Positions 1 through 9,140 of a DNA stretch of 55,101 nucleotides are shown piece after piece. Origin of the DNA: a virus (taxonomy: Duplodnaviria > Caudoviricetes); the IMG/VR virus record IMGVR_UViG_3300048849_000134, positions 1 through 55,101 of that record. One strand, 5' to 3'. Position numbers and translations under genes: made by a program. Numbering within the stretch: the stretch's first letter is position 1; each line of letters begins with the position of its first letter. The notes beneath the pieces were generated by a model. It did not search any database and was not told the DNA's origin. It worked only from the letters and a program-made list of their open reading frames with translations.

Positions 1-381
1 TCATTTGTATTTGGTGTATGTCTTACCGTCTAGTAATAGCGTACCATCCTTATATGTATAGGTCTGGTTAACTTTGAATCCCATCCCGCCCATACCAGTG
101 ACCAGAACACTGCTTCCAATGATCTTGTACTGAACGTGAGACGTGTAATCATCTGTAGGCTTTCCGATCTCATACGAGTCGTATAGATCTACATCGGTGG
201 CACTTGTAAAATGCAGCTGCTTATAATATGTTAGGCCATTGCCTGCATACTTTTCACCTGGTCCTACCCACTCAGTATTTGTCAGAACTAAGGGTTGCTC
301 GGCAGGTTGGTTAGTGTCCGATTTGCTGCATCCAGCTAATGTCACTACCAGGAGTGCTATTGAAAGTAAATGTTTTTTCAT
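1..381 (-). CDS. Lipoprotein co-transcribed with repressor (possible superinfection exclusion)
   Basis: MKK + hydrophobic stretch + lipobox LAGC; 6 nt downstream of CI. Confidence 0.75.
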   Translation of the reverse strand: MKKHLLSIALLVVTLAGCSKSDTNQPAEQPLVLTNTEWVGPGEKYAGNGLTYYKQLHFTSATDVDLYDSYEIGKPTDDYTSHVQYKIIGSSVLVTGMGGMGFKVNQTYTYKDGTLLLDGKTYTKYK

Positions 382-387
382 ATATAG

Positions 388-1101
388 TTAATATGGGAGT
401 TCGCGTTTAATGACGTTGTAAATGGCTTGGATATCCTTCAACTCGTATGTAGTATCAGGGTAGGTTACTTTATCGGGGTTGAGAGATCTCAAGGTTATTA
501 TGCCTTTTTCGAAATCCTGATCCGCTATCTGCTTAACTAGTATTCCTTCATACTTGTGCACAAATACCCAATCCGGGTAGTTATGAACGTGCAACTTAGG
601 GAACCAACGATCTTGAGGTAAGAATCTTGCTGTTACAATGGCTTTATTCGGAATTGAATATTTACTGCCATCATCCATGCTATCTCCCTCTACTTCAAAT
701 GCAAGGTATTTTCCTTTTGCGTAATAGTCTACTGTTACCGAATGCATCGGCAATTCTTCGTGGTGTTCTGCGTCCCTAAAGCCTAATAAGAATCCTGCTC
801 TAGCTCGCTCTGGTACAAATTCAATTCTCATCATATATCTGCCTGGGCTAATTTCTCTAAATTTAGTATTTCCTTCTGAATCTTCCCCGTATTCGGCATC
901 AACATTCCCAATAAACCTCGCATTTGTTACCGTATTTAATACAGACAATAATTTTTCAAGTGTCTCGATCTTCTTAACGTGCTCATCCTCTTTAGACTCA
1001 ATCCTGCCGATAGTTCCCAGGGGGACATCTGATCTGGATGCGAGCTCTTGTTGGGTTATTCCTTTTTGAAGTCTTAACTGCTTTAATTCTTTGCCTGTCA
1101 T
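388..1101 (-). CDS. CI-like repressor (XRE HTH + S24 autopeptidase)
   Basis: N-terminal LKQLRLQKGITQQELA HTH; VEGDSM catalytic Ser motif; LVKQI Lys; SLNP. Confidence 0.92.
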   Translation of the reverse strand: MTGKELKQLRLQKGITQQELASRSDVPLGTIGRIESKEDEHVKKIETLEKLLSVLNTVTNARFIGNVDAEYGEDSEGNTKFREISPGRYMMRIEFVPERARAGFLLGFRDAEHHEELPMHSVTVDYYAKGKYLAFEVEGDSMDDGSKYSIPNKAIVTARFLPQDRWFPKLHVHNYPDWVFVHKYEGILVKQIADQDFEKGIITLRSLNPDKVTYPDTTYELKDIQAIYNVIKRELPY

Positions 1102-1164
1102 TAGTTGGTTAGGTATGCTGTATTAAATTAATCGTTTTGATTGTGAGAACGTTAATTATTTTTT

Positions 1165-1217
1165 TATTCATTTTTGAGGAAACATCTTGCATTATTCAAA
1201 AATGAATATTACATTTG
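1165..1217 (+). promoter_or_regulatory. Immunity region: putative CI operators and rightward early promoter
   Basis: Palindrome TATTCA-AAAA-TGAATA (1193-1208), related site TATTCATTTTTGAGG (1165-1179), -7 box TACATTTG at 1210. Confidence 0.7.
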
Positions 1218-1277
1218 TTAAACACAAACCAAAGATAGGTTCTGCTTACCAATAAACAATACCTAAAAACAACCAAA

Positions 1278-1862
1278 ATGAACTACAACGGATTAGCAAT
1301 GATTTTAAGCGGCAAAGGAACAGAGATGTTTGTCAATAATGATGAGGCCTTATTCGCAACCAGCAGACAGATACTTTCTGTTGATCAGGTTCCGGCTCAT
1401 ATAAAGGATTTGCTAATCGATCATATTAGTTCTACACCTGGGCGCAAGGCTGCTTATGTTGCTTTGTCTGGAAGTGACGACCAAGATGCTATTATCGGCC
1501 AATACGTTAAATGCATGTCTCCTAACCTGGATGGTACACCAGATATTGACGAAGATGGCAGAATTCATGAAACTGAATACAACAAATGCCCGAATAGAAA
1601 TACCTGCCCTCATGTTGGTGTTGGATGCAACAAGTTCGCAAGTGTCAACGGCAATAAGATCAGCAGCGGAGAGGTGAGCATATTGAGTATGTGTCACTAC
1701 TCGGACAAAGAAATTGCAGAGCAGCTTTTCCTTTCCCCTATGACAGTAGGCACACATCTGCAGAACATCCGCAAAAAACTAAATGCAAGCTCTACAAAAA
1801 TGCTTGTATCGATCGCAGCATCAAACGGAATACTTAATCAAGATAATATATGGTCTTACTAA
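1278..1862 (+). CDS. LuxR-type HTH regulator with Cys cluster
   Basis: C-terminal SDKEIAEQLFLSPMTVGTHLQNIRKKL; CPNRNTCPHVGVGC. Confidence 0.85.
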   Translation: MNYNGLAMILSGKGTEMFVNNDEALFATSRQILSVDQVPAHIKDLLIDHISSTPGRKAAYVALSGSDDQDAIIGQYVKCMSPNLDGTPDIDEDGRIHETEYNKCPNRNTCPHVGVGCNKFASVNGNKISSGEVSILSMCHYSDKEIAEQLFLSPMTVGTHLQNIRKKLNASSTKMLVSIAASNGILNQDNIWSY

Positions 1863-2077
1863 CAGTAAAGAAATGGCCGGATGTTCTAAGAAGCGCACCG
1901 GATACGGCAAACGGTTTACCGCATGAGGTGCCATGGAAAGACCGAATGAGCGCAAGGAACGCGATTACCAGAGTCCTGAAATTCACAAACCCTGAAATGG
2001 AGTTTGAAACTAAAACAAGAAAAAAGCCAGACGGAACTTTATACCTGGCAGTTTGGAAAACAACAAAAGGCTCCTGA
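1850..2077 (+). CDS. Hypothetical protein
   Basis: ORF in early operon, overlaps upstream gene end. Confidence 0.6.
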   Translation: MVLLTVKKWPDVLRSAPDTANGLPHEVPWKDRMSARNAITRVLKFTNPEMEFETKTRKKPDGTLYLAVWKTTKGS

Positions 2078-2133
2078 CCGACTACCAATCAATTCAGGAG
2101 CCCAATTATTAAACCCTCTTACAGAATTTAACA

Positions 2134-2457
2134 ATGACAAACTTAGCAAAACCCGCCACAATAAACCTAATCTCTTTCAAAGACGGGATTCAGGTTGCTG
2201 AAATCAACGGTGATAAATATCAGTTTGATTTTACAGAGAATGAATTAGCTGATAGCATTGAGGCTAGTACCCTGCTGAATGAGCTGAGCAATCGGTCCGG
2301 ACTTCATGCTGATGACTACTCGGCAAAAGAAATGGCTATTGAGATCGCATCATATTGGGAAGCAGAAGACGTGGAGGCCATGATCGCGGGTCTTCCAGCA
2401 AATGAACTATTTGAATACATAGTAAAAGAAAGAAAGGAGCTTAACCATGCAGCTTAA
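2134..2457 (+). CDS. Hypothetical acidic protein
   Basis: ORF in operon context. Confidence 0.7.
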   Translation: MTNLAKPATINLISFKDGIQVAEINGDKYQFDFTENELADSIEASTLLNELSNRSGLHADDYSAKEMAIEIASYWEAEDVEAMIAGLPANELFEYIVKERKELNHAA

Positions 2458-2635
2458 TATCATCGAACACCGCCTTGAAATGCTTGCCACCGCCGAACGC
2501 CTGGCAATGGAGGACAAAAACCCAAAGAACTTGAGAGAGAACATGGATATGATTTTCCGGTGTTCATCTGCAAAACTTGAGTTATGGAACATCAAATTGA
2601 TGATCCAGGGGGACGGAAGAAAGGAGGTCGCGTAA
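2447..2635 (+). CDS. Hypothetical protein
   Basis: Coupled overlaps on both sides (TAATG at 2633). Confidence 0.6.
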   Translation: MQLNIIEHRLEMLATAERLAMEDKNPKNLRENMDMIFRCSSAKLELWNIKLMIQGDGRKEVA

Positions 2636-2910
2636 TGGAAGGTGTATCAATAGTATCTACCACCCTGCTGGAGTCCATGCTGAGCAAGATAGACGATCTA
2701 CATGCTCAGGTCAGCCAAATGAATGCAGAACGAAAAGCACAATCTGCACCATACCTCACAACTGCCCAGGTCTGCAAGTACATTAACAAGTCGCGCAATT
2801 GGGTAATGACACATAAGCATCATTTAGGATGCAGCAAAAGAGCCGGTACACTCTTATTTAAACGTGCCGATATAGATGAATTCATTAACTCCGATTACTT
2901 CAAAAAATAA
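2635..2910 (+). CDS. Excisionase-like HTH_17 protein
   Basis: YLTTAQVCKYINKSRNWV...LLFKRADIDEFI; ATG 2635 overlaps upstream stop. Confidence 0.8.
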   Translation: MEGVSIVSTTLLESMLSKIDDLHAQVSQMNAERKAQSAPYLTTAQVCKYINKSRNWVMTHKHHLGCSKRAGTLLFKRADIDEFINSDYFKK

Positions 2911-2918
2911 AACGCTCT

Positions 2919-3113
2919 ATGGAAAACCTACAGAACACACCCACTCAAGATGAGATCCAAGAAAAGTACAATATGCTATGGGAAAACAGATTCAAAGAAA
3001 AGGTGCCTGAGCCATACTTGAAAAAGAAACCGAGACCGGTTGTTCAGATCGTTTTTTCGGTCCTGAGCATATTAGCACTAATTGCTTGCGCATACAAATG
3101 GGGAGGCTTGTAA
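2919..3113 (+). CDS. Small membrane protein
   Basis: C-terminal hydrophobic helix. Confidence 0.6.
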   Translation: MENLQNTPTQDEIQEKYNMLWENRFKEKVPEPYLKKKPRPVVQIVFSVLSILALIACAYKWGGL

Positions 3114-3239
3114 TGACCAGCACACAACTAGATTACCAGCTACTCATGTACAGACTATGGCTAGATACTAACCCTTCGATCAGCGAGATAGCGAAAAGAA
3201 GCGCGGAGGAATTGGAGGTGATACGGAACAAGGGGGTGA

Positions 3240-3431
3240 ATGGATAGCGTCGAGGGCTTATCTGAAAGTGACAAAGATAAGTTCAACAACCTCTACAAGT
3301 CCATCAAAGACATTCCAATTCCGGACTTTGAGAATACAGAAGCCAAGCAAATGGGCGAAGATGTAAAAGAGGGATTGGGAATAATTAACAAAGCAATTAA
3401 AAGAGTTTCACAAATAATTAAAGAACCATGA
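3240..3431 (+). CDS. Hypothetical protein
   Basis: ATGA overlap with downstream recombinase. Confidence 0.6.
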   Translation: MDSVEGLSESDKDKFNNLYKSIKDIPIPDFENTEAKQMGEDVKEGLGIINKAIKRVSQIIKEP

Positions 3432-4156
3432 AAACAGAATTAGCAACAACCAGCAACAATCAAGTGTCTACTCAAGTTGGAGATACAGAACTGATCGGAT
3501 ATCTTGACAACTTAGGTTTAACTAAAAAGTTGACCGAGGGCGAAAAGAGTACGTACCTGCAAATTGCAAAGGCATTTGGACTCAATCCATTTAAACGAGA
3601 ATTGCACGTGTCTAAGTATGGCGATACCATGAGTATCATTACCGGATATGAGGTTTACATCAAACGTGCTGAGCGTAGCGGTCAATTAGATGGATGGTCA
3701 GCTACAACAAGCGGTAGTGTTGAGGGTGGTGACCTTAAAGCAACCGTTACCATTTACAGGAAAGACCGATCGCATCCGTTCATATGGGAGGCTCTTTACA
3801 CTGAATGCGTTCAGAAAACGCGCGAAGGTAAGCCAACTCAATTCTGGCAAAAGGCTTCATTCATGACTAAAAAAGTTGCTATCTCCCAGGCTTTCCGGTT
3901 ATGCTTCTCGGATGAACTCGCTGGAATGCCTTACACTGCTGACGAAATGCCAAGTGATATCCCTGAAACAGTTGATACGCACCATGAGGAATTGACAGTT
4001 GTTCAGCTTGACTACGAAGCCGAACTTCGTGAATGCGGAAGCGTGGATGAGTTAAAGGAGAAGTACAAAAAGATGCCAAAAGAAAAGCAGGTAGAGTTTA
4101 AAGACCTGGTTGCAGACATGAAAGCATCGTTCACTAAGACCGAACAAGCAGCGTAG
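3428..4156 (+). CDS. Single-strand annealing recombinase, Bet/RecT-like
   Basis: GLNPFKRELH...IITGYEVYIKRAERSGQLDG...KKVAISQAFRLCF. Confidence 0.85.
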   Translation: MKTELATTSNNQVSTQVGDTELIGYLDNLGLTKKLTEGEKSTYLQIAKAFGLNPFKRELHVSKYGDTMSIITGYEVYIKRAERSGQLDGWSATTSGSVEGGDLKATVTIYRKDRSHPFIWEALYTECVQKTREGKPTQFWQKASFMTKKVAISQAFRLCFSDELAGMPYTADEMPSDIPETVDTHHEELTVVQLDYEAELRECGSVDELKEKYKKMPKEKQVEFKDLVADMKASFTKTEQAA

Positions 4157-4158
4157 TT

Positions 4159-4467
4159 ATGGAACACTCAAAAGGAACTTGGAAAGTAGGTAACAATCAT
4201 GGTGTGGTTGTTACTGATTGTGGAGATGGCTTTCAAGAAAGCACAGGGCATACCGCTGTTGATTATTACGGGGGCTATCTTATAGCCGAATCCGTAGCCA
4301 AAAAGGAGGACTCTTTATTGATCGCTGCAGCGCCGGACTTGCTTGAGGCATGCAAAACTGTTGTGTCTGGTTATGAAGGTGACGGGATGGAACAGATGGG
4401 CCATCGGGACGAGGTTTTCTACAGATACTGCAAAGAGGCTATTGCTAAAGCTACAGGAGGACAATAA
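4159..4467 (+). CDS. Conserved phage protein (HxxGxW...LIAAAPDLLEA family)
   Basis: Motif shared with 6068..6343. Confidence 0.7.
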   Translation: MEHSKGTWKVGNNHGVVVTDCGDGFQESTGHTAVDYYGGYLIAESVAKKEDSLLIAAAPDLLEACKTVVSGYEGDGMEQMGHRDEVFYRYCKEAIAKATGGQ

Positions 4468-4469
4468 TC

Positions 4470-5321
4470 ATGGAAACACTAACCGAACAACCTGAGCAGG
4501 AAACTGTTCAGGTTCCTTTAACAAGGGAGCAATATACGGTTCAGCTTATCCTAGACATTAAGTCCGGTAAAACCAAGCTATCCTATACCGCGATCTCAAA
4601 GTTCAAGAGATCGCCTAAATGCTTCATTGATTATAAGCTGGCACCAAAAGAGCAAACTGATGCTATGCTGTTGGGATCTATTGTTCACTGCTTGATATTG
4701 GAACCGGAGCATTTCGATGAGCGATACACTACCGATGCCCTTATTATTGCTGAGATCGGCGGCGCTAAACCACGGTCGACCACTAAATATAAAGAGTGGA
4801 AAGCAGAGCAAGAGGGAATGATTGTTATATCCAGCGACTTCCATAAAGCAGGTCAGGATATGGCTAATGCCGTACTTAACAACTCCGCTGCTAAATGGGT
4901 TCTTGATCAATGCGATAAGCGCGAGTTTAGAATCGAATGGAATCATAAAGGACTCTCCTTTATCGGATTCATGGATGCCAGAGGAAAAGTAATTGCTGAT
5001 ATTAAGATTTGCCAGGATGCTGAGCCAAAGAAGTTTCAGCGCGACATTATTAATATGGGGTATTACCTGCAGGGCGGCGCTTATACCATTGCCGAGGGTG
5101 AGGTATTGCCATACTTCTTAATTGCAGTCGACCGTAACCTTGGCGTTTCAGTGCATGAAGTTACCGAAGATCTTATTGAATTTGGAATGAATGAATTTGA
5201 TCGGCTATGCGGGGAGTTTAACACTTGCCTTGATGCGAACGACTTCCACAAATCCTTTGAATACAGATCACACACCGATCAGGGTTATTTCAAAGTTAGT
5301 AGACCACCTTATTTAACGTAG
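4470..5321 (+). CDS. PD-(D/E)XK exonuclease, DUF3799/RecE-like
   Basis: LSYTAISKF, LGSIVHCLILEP, D..IADIK, YYLQGGAY; near the SSAP. Confidence 0.85.
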   Translation: METLTEQPEQETVQVPLTREQYTVQLILDIKSGKTKLSYTAISKFKRSPKCFIDYKLAPKEQTDAMLLGSIVHCLILEPEHFDERYTTDALIIAEIGGAKPRSTTKYKEWKAEQEGMIVISSDFHKAGQDMANAVLNNSAAKWVLDQCDKREFRIEWNHKGLSFIGFMDARGKVIADIKICQDAEPKKFQRDIINMGYYLQGGAYTIAEGEVLPYFLIAVDRNLGVSVHEVTEDLIEFGMNEFDRLCGEFNTCLDANDFHKSFEYRSHTDQGYFKVSRPPYLT

Positions 5322-5325
5322 AATT

Positions 5326-5727
5326 ATGAGAGAATTGAAATTTAGAGCATGGCAGGAAAGCCAAAAGAAGATGCACCAAGAAATTGGATTGCACCATCAC
5401 ATAATGACAAACCACACAATGTGTGATGAAGATGAATGCGGTTATGTTGCAAAGGGAACAGGTAAGGGTGAATATACTTTGTTTGCTAATCAATCTGAAT
5501 GGCCTATTATGCAGTTTACAGGGCTTCTCGATAAAAATGGCAAAGAGATATACGAGGGGGATGTAACTAACAATGGTTATGTTGTATTATGGAACAATGA
5601 GAAAGCATTGTTTGCGGAGCACACATATCAACAGGTATTGGGGAAATGGTCCGTAATGTCATACCCGCTTGATTCAAGGTGGATACAAATAATCGGCAAC
5701 ATCTACGAAAATCCAGACCTGCTATGA
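5326..5727 (+). CDS. YopX family protein
   Basis: MRELKFRAW...MQFTGLLDKNGKEIYEGD...IGNIYENPDLL. Confidence 0.9.
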   Translation: MRELKFRAWQESQKKMHQEIGLHHHIMTNHTMCDEDECGYVAKGTGKGEYTLFANQSEWPIMQFTGLLDKNGKEIYEGDVTNNGYVVLWNNEKALFAEHTYQQVLGKWSVMSYPLDSRWIQIIGNIYENPDLL

Positions 5728-5907
5728 GCACCAACCCCCTCGCCCTACTCCCCCGACACATCATCCAGTGCACCGGCAGCCGAACCTGGTGGTACTGCAC
5801 GCGTTCAGGGGCCCTCATCCACAAAGACAATCTGCATCACCATCTCCCAAAACCTAAACCAACACATGAGGAAATTATGGAGAAAAGGTATGATTTGCGA
5901 AAATAAT

Positions 5908-5949
5908 TACGACGTTTTTAGTATCGTTAATAAAATTGTTGTATATTAG
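5908..5949 (+). promoter_or_regulatory. Class A motif copy 1 with -7 box
   Basis: TACGACGTTTTTAGTATCGTTAATA then TATATTAG. Confidence 0.8.
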
Positions 5950-5963
5950 TATACTCAATTCAA

Positions 5964-6053
5964 AATCAGGGTCGTAGCTGATTCAACTAACTTACTTGCC
6001 TCGGGCGTTCTGGTAACCTACGACTTACCGCAACAAACGGGGCTTTATTATTT
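5964..6053 (+). ncRNA. Kissing-loop 5' leader 1
   Basis: AATCAG/CTGATT stem, loop GTCGTAG; GGTAA/TTACC stem, loop CTACGAC; outer stem then U-tract. Confidence 0.75.
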
Positions 6054-6067
6054 AAACACACGTTATT

Positions 6068-6343
6068 ATGAATGAATTTAAGCATAGTCAGGGGCCATGG
6101 ACTTACGATAATGACCCGGAAAATCCAATACATAGAATTTGGTCGGACGGAAAATTCCCTATATATCTTGCAAGAACGTGTTACGCGGGTCAAAGCGAAT
6201 CTAATGCAAAATTAATAGCAGAAGCGCCTGCATTATTAGAAATGCTATCCGACCTTGTTCGATGCTATAAGCGTGATGGGTATCTAACAAACGCAGACTT
6301 AGAGGATGCAGAATCAATAATCAACAAAGCACTTAATAAATAA
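6068..6343 (+). CDS. Conserved phage protein (HSQGPW...NAKLIAEAPALLE)
   Basis: Motif shared with 4159..4467. Confidence 0.7.
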   Translation: MNEFKHSQGPWTYDNDPENPIHRIWSDGKFPIYLARTCYAGQSESNAKLIAEAPALLEMLSDLVRCYKRDGYLTNADLEDAESIINKALNK

Positions 6344-6347
6344 TCAT

Positions 6348-6716
6348 ATGGAAATTAAAGGACGCGTACATGAAATTGGCGCACTACAACAAGTCTCTGA
6401 AACATTTAAAAAGCGGGACCTCATCATCGAGTACGCTGAAAACCCTACTTATCCGGAGTACATCAAGTTCGAGGCTATGCAGGATAAGACAGCGCTTATC
6501 GATTCAGTCAAGGTAGGCGATGAGATAGAGGTATCCTTCAACCTTCGTGGAAGACCTTGGACCGATAAGACAGGTAAAACAAGCTACTTCAACAGTATGG
6601 TGATTTGGAGATTATCAACGGTTAAGGCTGGAAGTGTTGATGTGTCTGCTCCTGCTTATCAAGCTACACCGCCCATTACTCCATTAGACGAAGGATCGGG
6701 AGATCTCCCCTTCTAG
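6348..6716 (+). CDS. DUF3127 family SSB-like protein
   Basis: FKKRDLIIE...FNLRGRPW...YFNS; acidic tail ending DLPF. Confidence 0.88.
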   Translation: MEIKGRVHEIGALQQVSETFKKRDLIIEYAENPTYPEYIKFEAMQDKTALIDSVKVGDEIEVSFNLRGRPWTDKTGKTSYFNSMVIWRLSTVKAGSVDVSAPAYQATPPITPLDEGSGDLPF

Positions 6717-6739
6717 CCTACAACACACACAAATACCCG

Positions 6740-6768
6740 CCCCTGACTATGCAAGTAGTCGGGGTTTT
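6740..6768 (+). terminator. Putative intrinsic terminator
   Basis: CCCTGACTAT-GCAA-GTAGTCGGGG-TTTT. Confidence 0.65.
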
Positions 6769-6815
6769 CAGGTGCCGGGCAGTCCGGTTTTACTTCTCAC
6801 ACAAATAAGATTTTT

Positions 6816-7397
6816 ATGAATGTTTTAGTTGCCTGCGAATACAGCGGGGCCGTCAGGGATGCGTTTATAGCTAAAGGACATAATTCCGTAAGCTGTGATT
6901 TATTACCAACAGATAAGCCCGGACCGCACTATATGGGTGATGTTAGGTATATGCTTGAAAACCGTAAATGGGATTTAATTATTGCACATCCTCCATGTAC
7001 ATACATGAGCAACAGCGGTGTAAGATGGTTGTATAATACGGATGGCAGTAAAAACCAGGAAAGGTGGGATAACCTAAAGGAGGCAACGGAGTTCTTCAAC
7101 CTGTTCTACAACTATACCGGGGTTACAAAGATGTGTATTGAAAACCCTATTCCTCATAAGCACGCTAATTTACCAGATTACGCGCAAACTATTCAGCCGT
7201 GGGAATTTGGACACACCACCAGCAAGCGAACTTGTTTATGGTTAAAAGGCTTACCTAAGTTAGAGCCGACTAAGATAGTCCCCAAGGAAGAACGCACTCA
7301 GGACATTTGGCTTGCTTCCCCGGGACCCGACAGGTGGAAAATAAGATCGGCTACTTTTACGGGTATAGCGGAGGCTATGGCAAATCAATGGGGGTAA
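6816..7397 (+). CDS. Compact phage DNA cytosine-C5 methyltransferase
   Basis: VLVACEYSG motif I, IAHPPC motif IV, IENP motif VI, KRTCLW. Confidence 0.8.
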   Translation: MNVLVACEYSGAVRDAFIAKGHNSVSCDLLPTDKPGPHYMGDVRYMLENRKWDLIIAHPPCTYMSNSGVRWLYNTDGSKNQERWDNLKEATEFFNLFYNYTGVTKMCIENPIPHKHANLPDYAQTIQPWEFGHTTSKRTCLWLKGLPKLEPTKIVPKEERTQDIWLASPGPDRWKIRSATFTGIAEAMANQWG

Positions 7398-7430
7398 GAA
7401 AAATACTTGGTGCCGCTAGGGCAATAAATT

Positions 7431-7569
7431 GAACAGGTAGCTAAAGGTATTGGCTATTCGAAACTAGAAAGGCGTTGTTGAAAGAATGAATCGATGATAC
7501 AGAGGACTAGCAACACAGTGGGTTACAATGAGACACGTCGCTACGCGGGTTCGATTCCCGCCCTGTTCA
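7431..7569 (+). ncRNA. tRNA-like RNA with ~87-nt insert replacing anticodon/variable arms
   Basis: Acceptor GAACAGG/CCTGTTC, D-arm TAGCTAAAGGTATTGGCT, T-arm GCGGG-TTCGATT-CCCGC. Confidence 0.75.
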
Positions 7570-7591
7570 CACAAGGTTATGATATAAAATT

Positions 7592-7750
7592 ATGAAAGAT
7601 GTAAAAGGTTATTTAGTATGTTATGTTTCATGTAATTGTCCTGAATGTAAATCAGAATCGCAATTCCAAAAGACCCCAGATGATCAGGTATACGAGGTTG
7701 TTAAGTGTGGTTTATGTGGTATTCACTTTAAAGTTGTAGGGTTAGAATAA
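7592..7750 (+). CDS. Small zinc-ribbon protein (52 aa, not in ORF track)
   Basis: CPEC...CGLC; stop overlaps next ATG. Confidence 0.65.
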   Translation: MKDVKGYLVCYVSCNCPECKSESQFQKTPDDQVYEVVKCGLCGIHFKVVGLE

Positions 7751-7944
7751 TGCAACTCCCCCTATTCACCATCATAACAAGCCGTATAACAGGCGCACGC
7801 ATCCAGGTGGCACAAGTACTCGGCGATCTGATTATAGGTAAACTGATGGGCTTTAAACGATATCCACCATCCCAAGTGCGCAGGGCGTATGATGGAACTA
7901 AAATTATACATAATCGAAATGCAATACCATGCCAGGAAAAATAA
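7750..7944 (+). CDS. Hypothetical protein
   Basis: TAATG coupling. Confidence 0.5.
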   Translation: MQLPLFTIITSRITGARIQVAQVLGDLIIGKLMGFKRYPPSQVRRAYDGTKIIHNRNAIPCQEK

Positions 7945-8594
7945 GATTTGACACCACCGGAATGACACCGGAGCAGATAAAGCAAGAACAGGCTAAAAGG
8001 AGAAAATTGAACTCACAGGTTTACTATCAGTTTCAGCGCGAGTTGCAAGGATTACCGCCAGCTAAACCACGCGCAGACCGAAGTAAGATGACTCCTGATC
8101 AGATTAAAGAACACATAAACAAGATGAACCGGGATAGGCGTAAAGCCGCTAAAAATGAAGATATGCCGACAAACAAGAAAGAATACTATCATTCAAGACC
8201 GCCTGAGGTAAAAGAAAAAATACTTGCCCGGATGAGAGAAAACCGGATTAGGCTGCACAAAGAAAAACGTGAAGCCGCCGGACTGCCATACATTCCAAAG
8301 GCTGATCGCTCAAAAGCGCGTGCAGAAAAGAAGGCTATACCAAAGAAACCACGTGCTCCCAAAGCCGCCAAGTTGCCCACTCCCCTTCCGCGCGCCGCCA
8401 AACCAAAACACAAGCTGGATCCGATTAAGATAGGTAAACAAGAGCGCGTATTGCCTACCAGGAAAGTGGATGAATCCAAACTCGTTAAACTGTACATACC
8501 TGAGCGCAGAATGCATGTGCTTTATGATCCATCGAAAAGGACAGAGCAGGAGGTTAGGGAGAAGTATAAGGTTGCACCAATTAAGATAAGGTAA
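7929..8594 (+). CDS. Lys/Arg-rich hypothetical protein
   Basis: Highly basic; internal MTPEQIK/MTPDQIK repeat. Confidence 0.7.
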   Translation: MPGKIRFDTTGMTPEQIKQEQAKRRKLNSQVYYQFQRELQGLPPAKPRADRSKMTPDQIKEHINKMNRDRRKAAKNEDMPTNKKEYYHSRPPEVKEKILARMRENRIRLHKEKREAAGLPYIPKADRSKARAEKKAIPKKPRAPKAAKLPTPLPRAAKPKHKLDPIKIGKQERVLPTRKVDESKLVKLYIPERRMHVLYDPSKRTEQEVREKYKVAPIKIR

Positions 8595-8598
8595 GTAT

Positions 8599-8940
8599 AT
8601 GACACATTCAATCTACGCCGGACTACCTGAAAATAGCAGGCGACTATTTCGCCAAAATTCTAACAGTACAACACCAGAGGACATAATTATTGCTGTATGT
8701 GCCGTAACTGATATCACGCGGGATCAGATCGTAAGCCCCTCCCGAAAAAGAGAGATCGTAGAGGCTCGGCATATAGCCATAGGACTGATACTTCAATCAT
8801 TCAGGAATATAGGCCTAAAGGAGGTTGGACGCATGTTTAACCGTGATCATTCAACCGTGATATATGCCAGGGAAACATACAGGGATCTAATGGAAACGGA
8901 TCGTGATTTCCGAAAGAAAGTAGCCTTGGTAAAACTTTAA
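8599..8940 (+). CDS. Stand-alone DnaA C-terminal (domain IV) HTH protein
   Basis: SRKREIVEARHIA...LKEVGRMFNRDHSTVIYA. Confidence 0.85.
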   Translation: MTHSIYAGLPENSRRLFRQNSNSTTPEDIIIAVCAVTDITRDQIVSPSRKREIVEARHIAIGLILQSFRNIGLKEVGRMFNRDHSTVIYARETYRDLMETDRDFRKKVALVKL

Positions 8941-8951
8941 GCGATTATTTT

Positions 8952-8993
8952 TACTACGTTTTTATTATTGTTAATAAAAAATGATTATACTTG
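8952..8993 (+). promoter_or_regulatory. Class A motif copy 2 with -7 box
   Basis: TACTACGTTTTTATTATTGTTAATA then TATACTTG. Confidence 0.8.
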
Positions 8994-8996
8994 TAA

Positions 8997-9118
8997 AGCG
9001 GTTTGACGGTCGCTAAAAAATTTAAGTATCATCCTCACCACATAGATTCAAACCTTCGCATTCGCGATTGTCAGGCCGTCAACCCATAAAAATATGTGGT
9101 GTGGGTAATACTGTTTTG
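8997..9118 (+). ncRNA. Kissing-loop 5' leader 2
   Basis: AGCG/CGCT hairpin, loop TTGACGG; CCGTCAA inside CACCACATA/TATGTGGTG stem. Confidence 0.7.
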
Positions 9119-9140
9119 TGTATTGTAAATATTAAACATC

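Noticed and set aside
7431-7569. tmRNA or intron-containing tRNA
   Set aside because: Too short, no G3-U70 pair or tag ORF, and no group I core.
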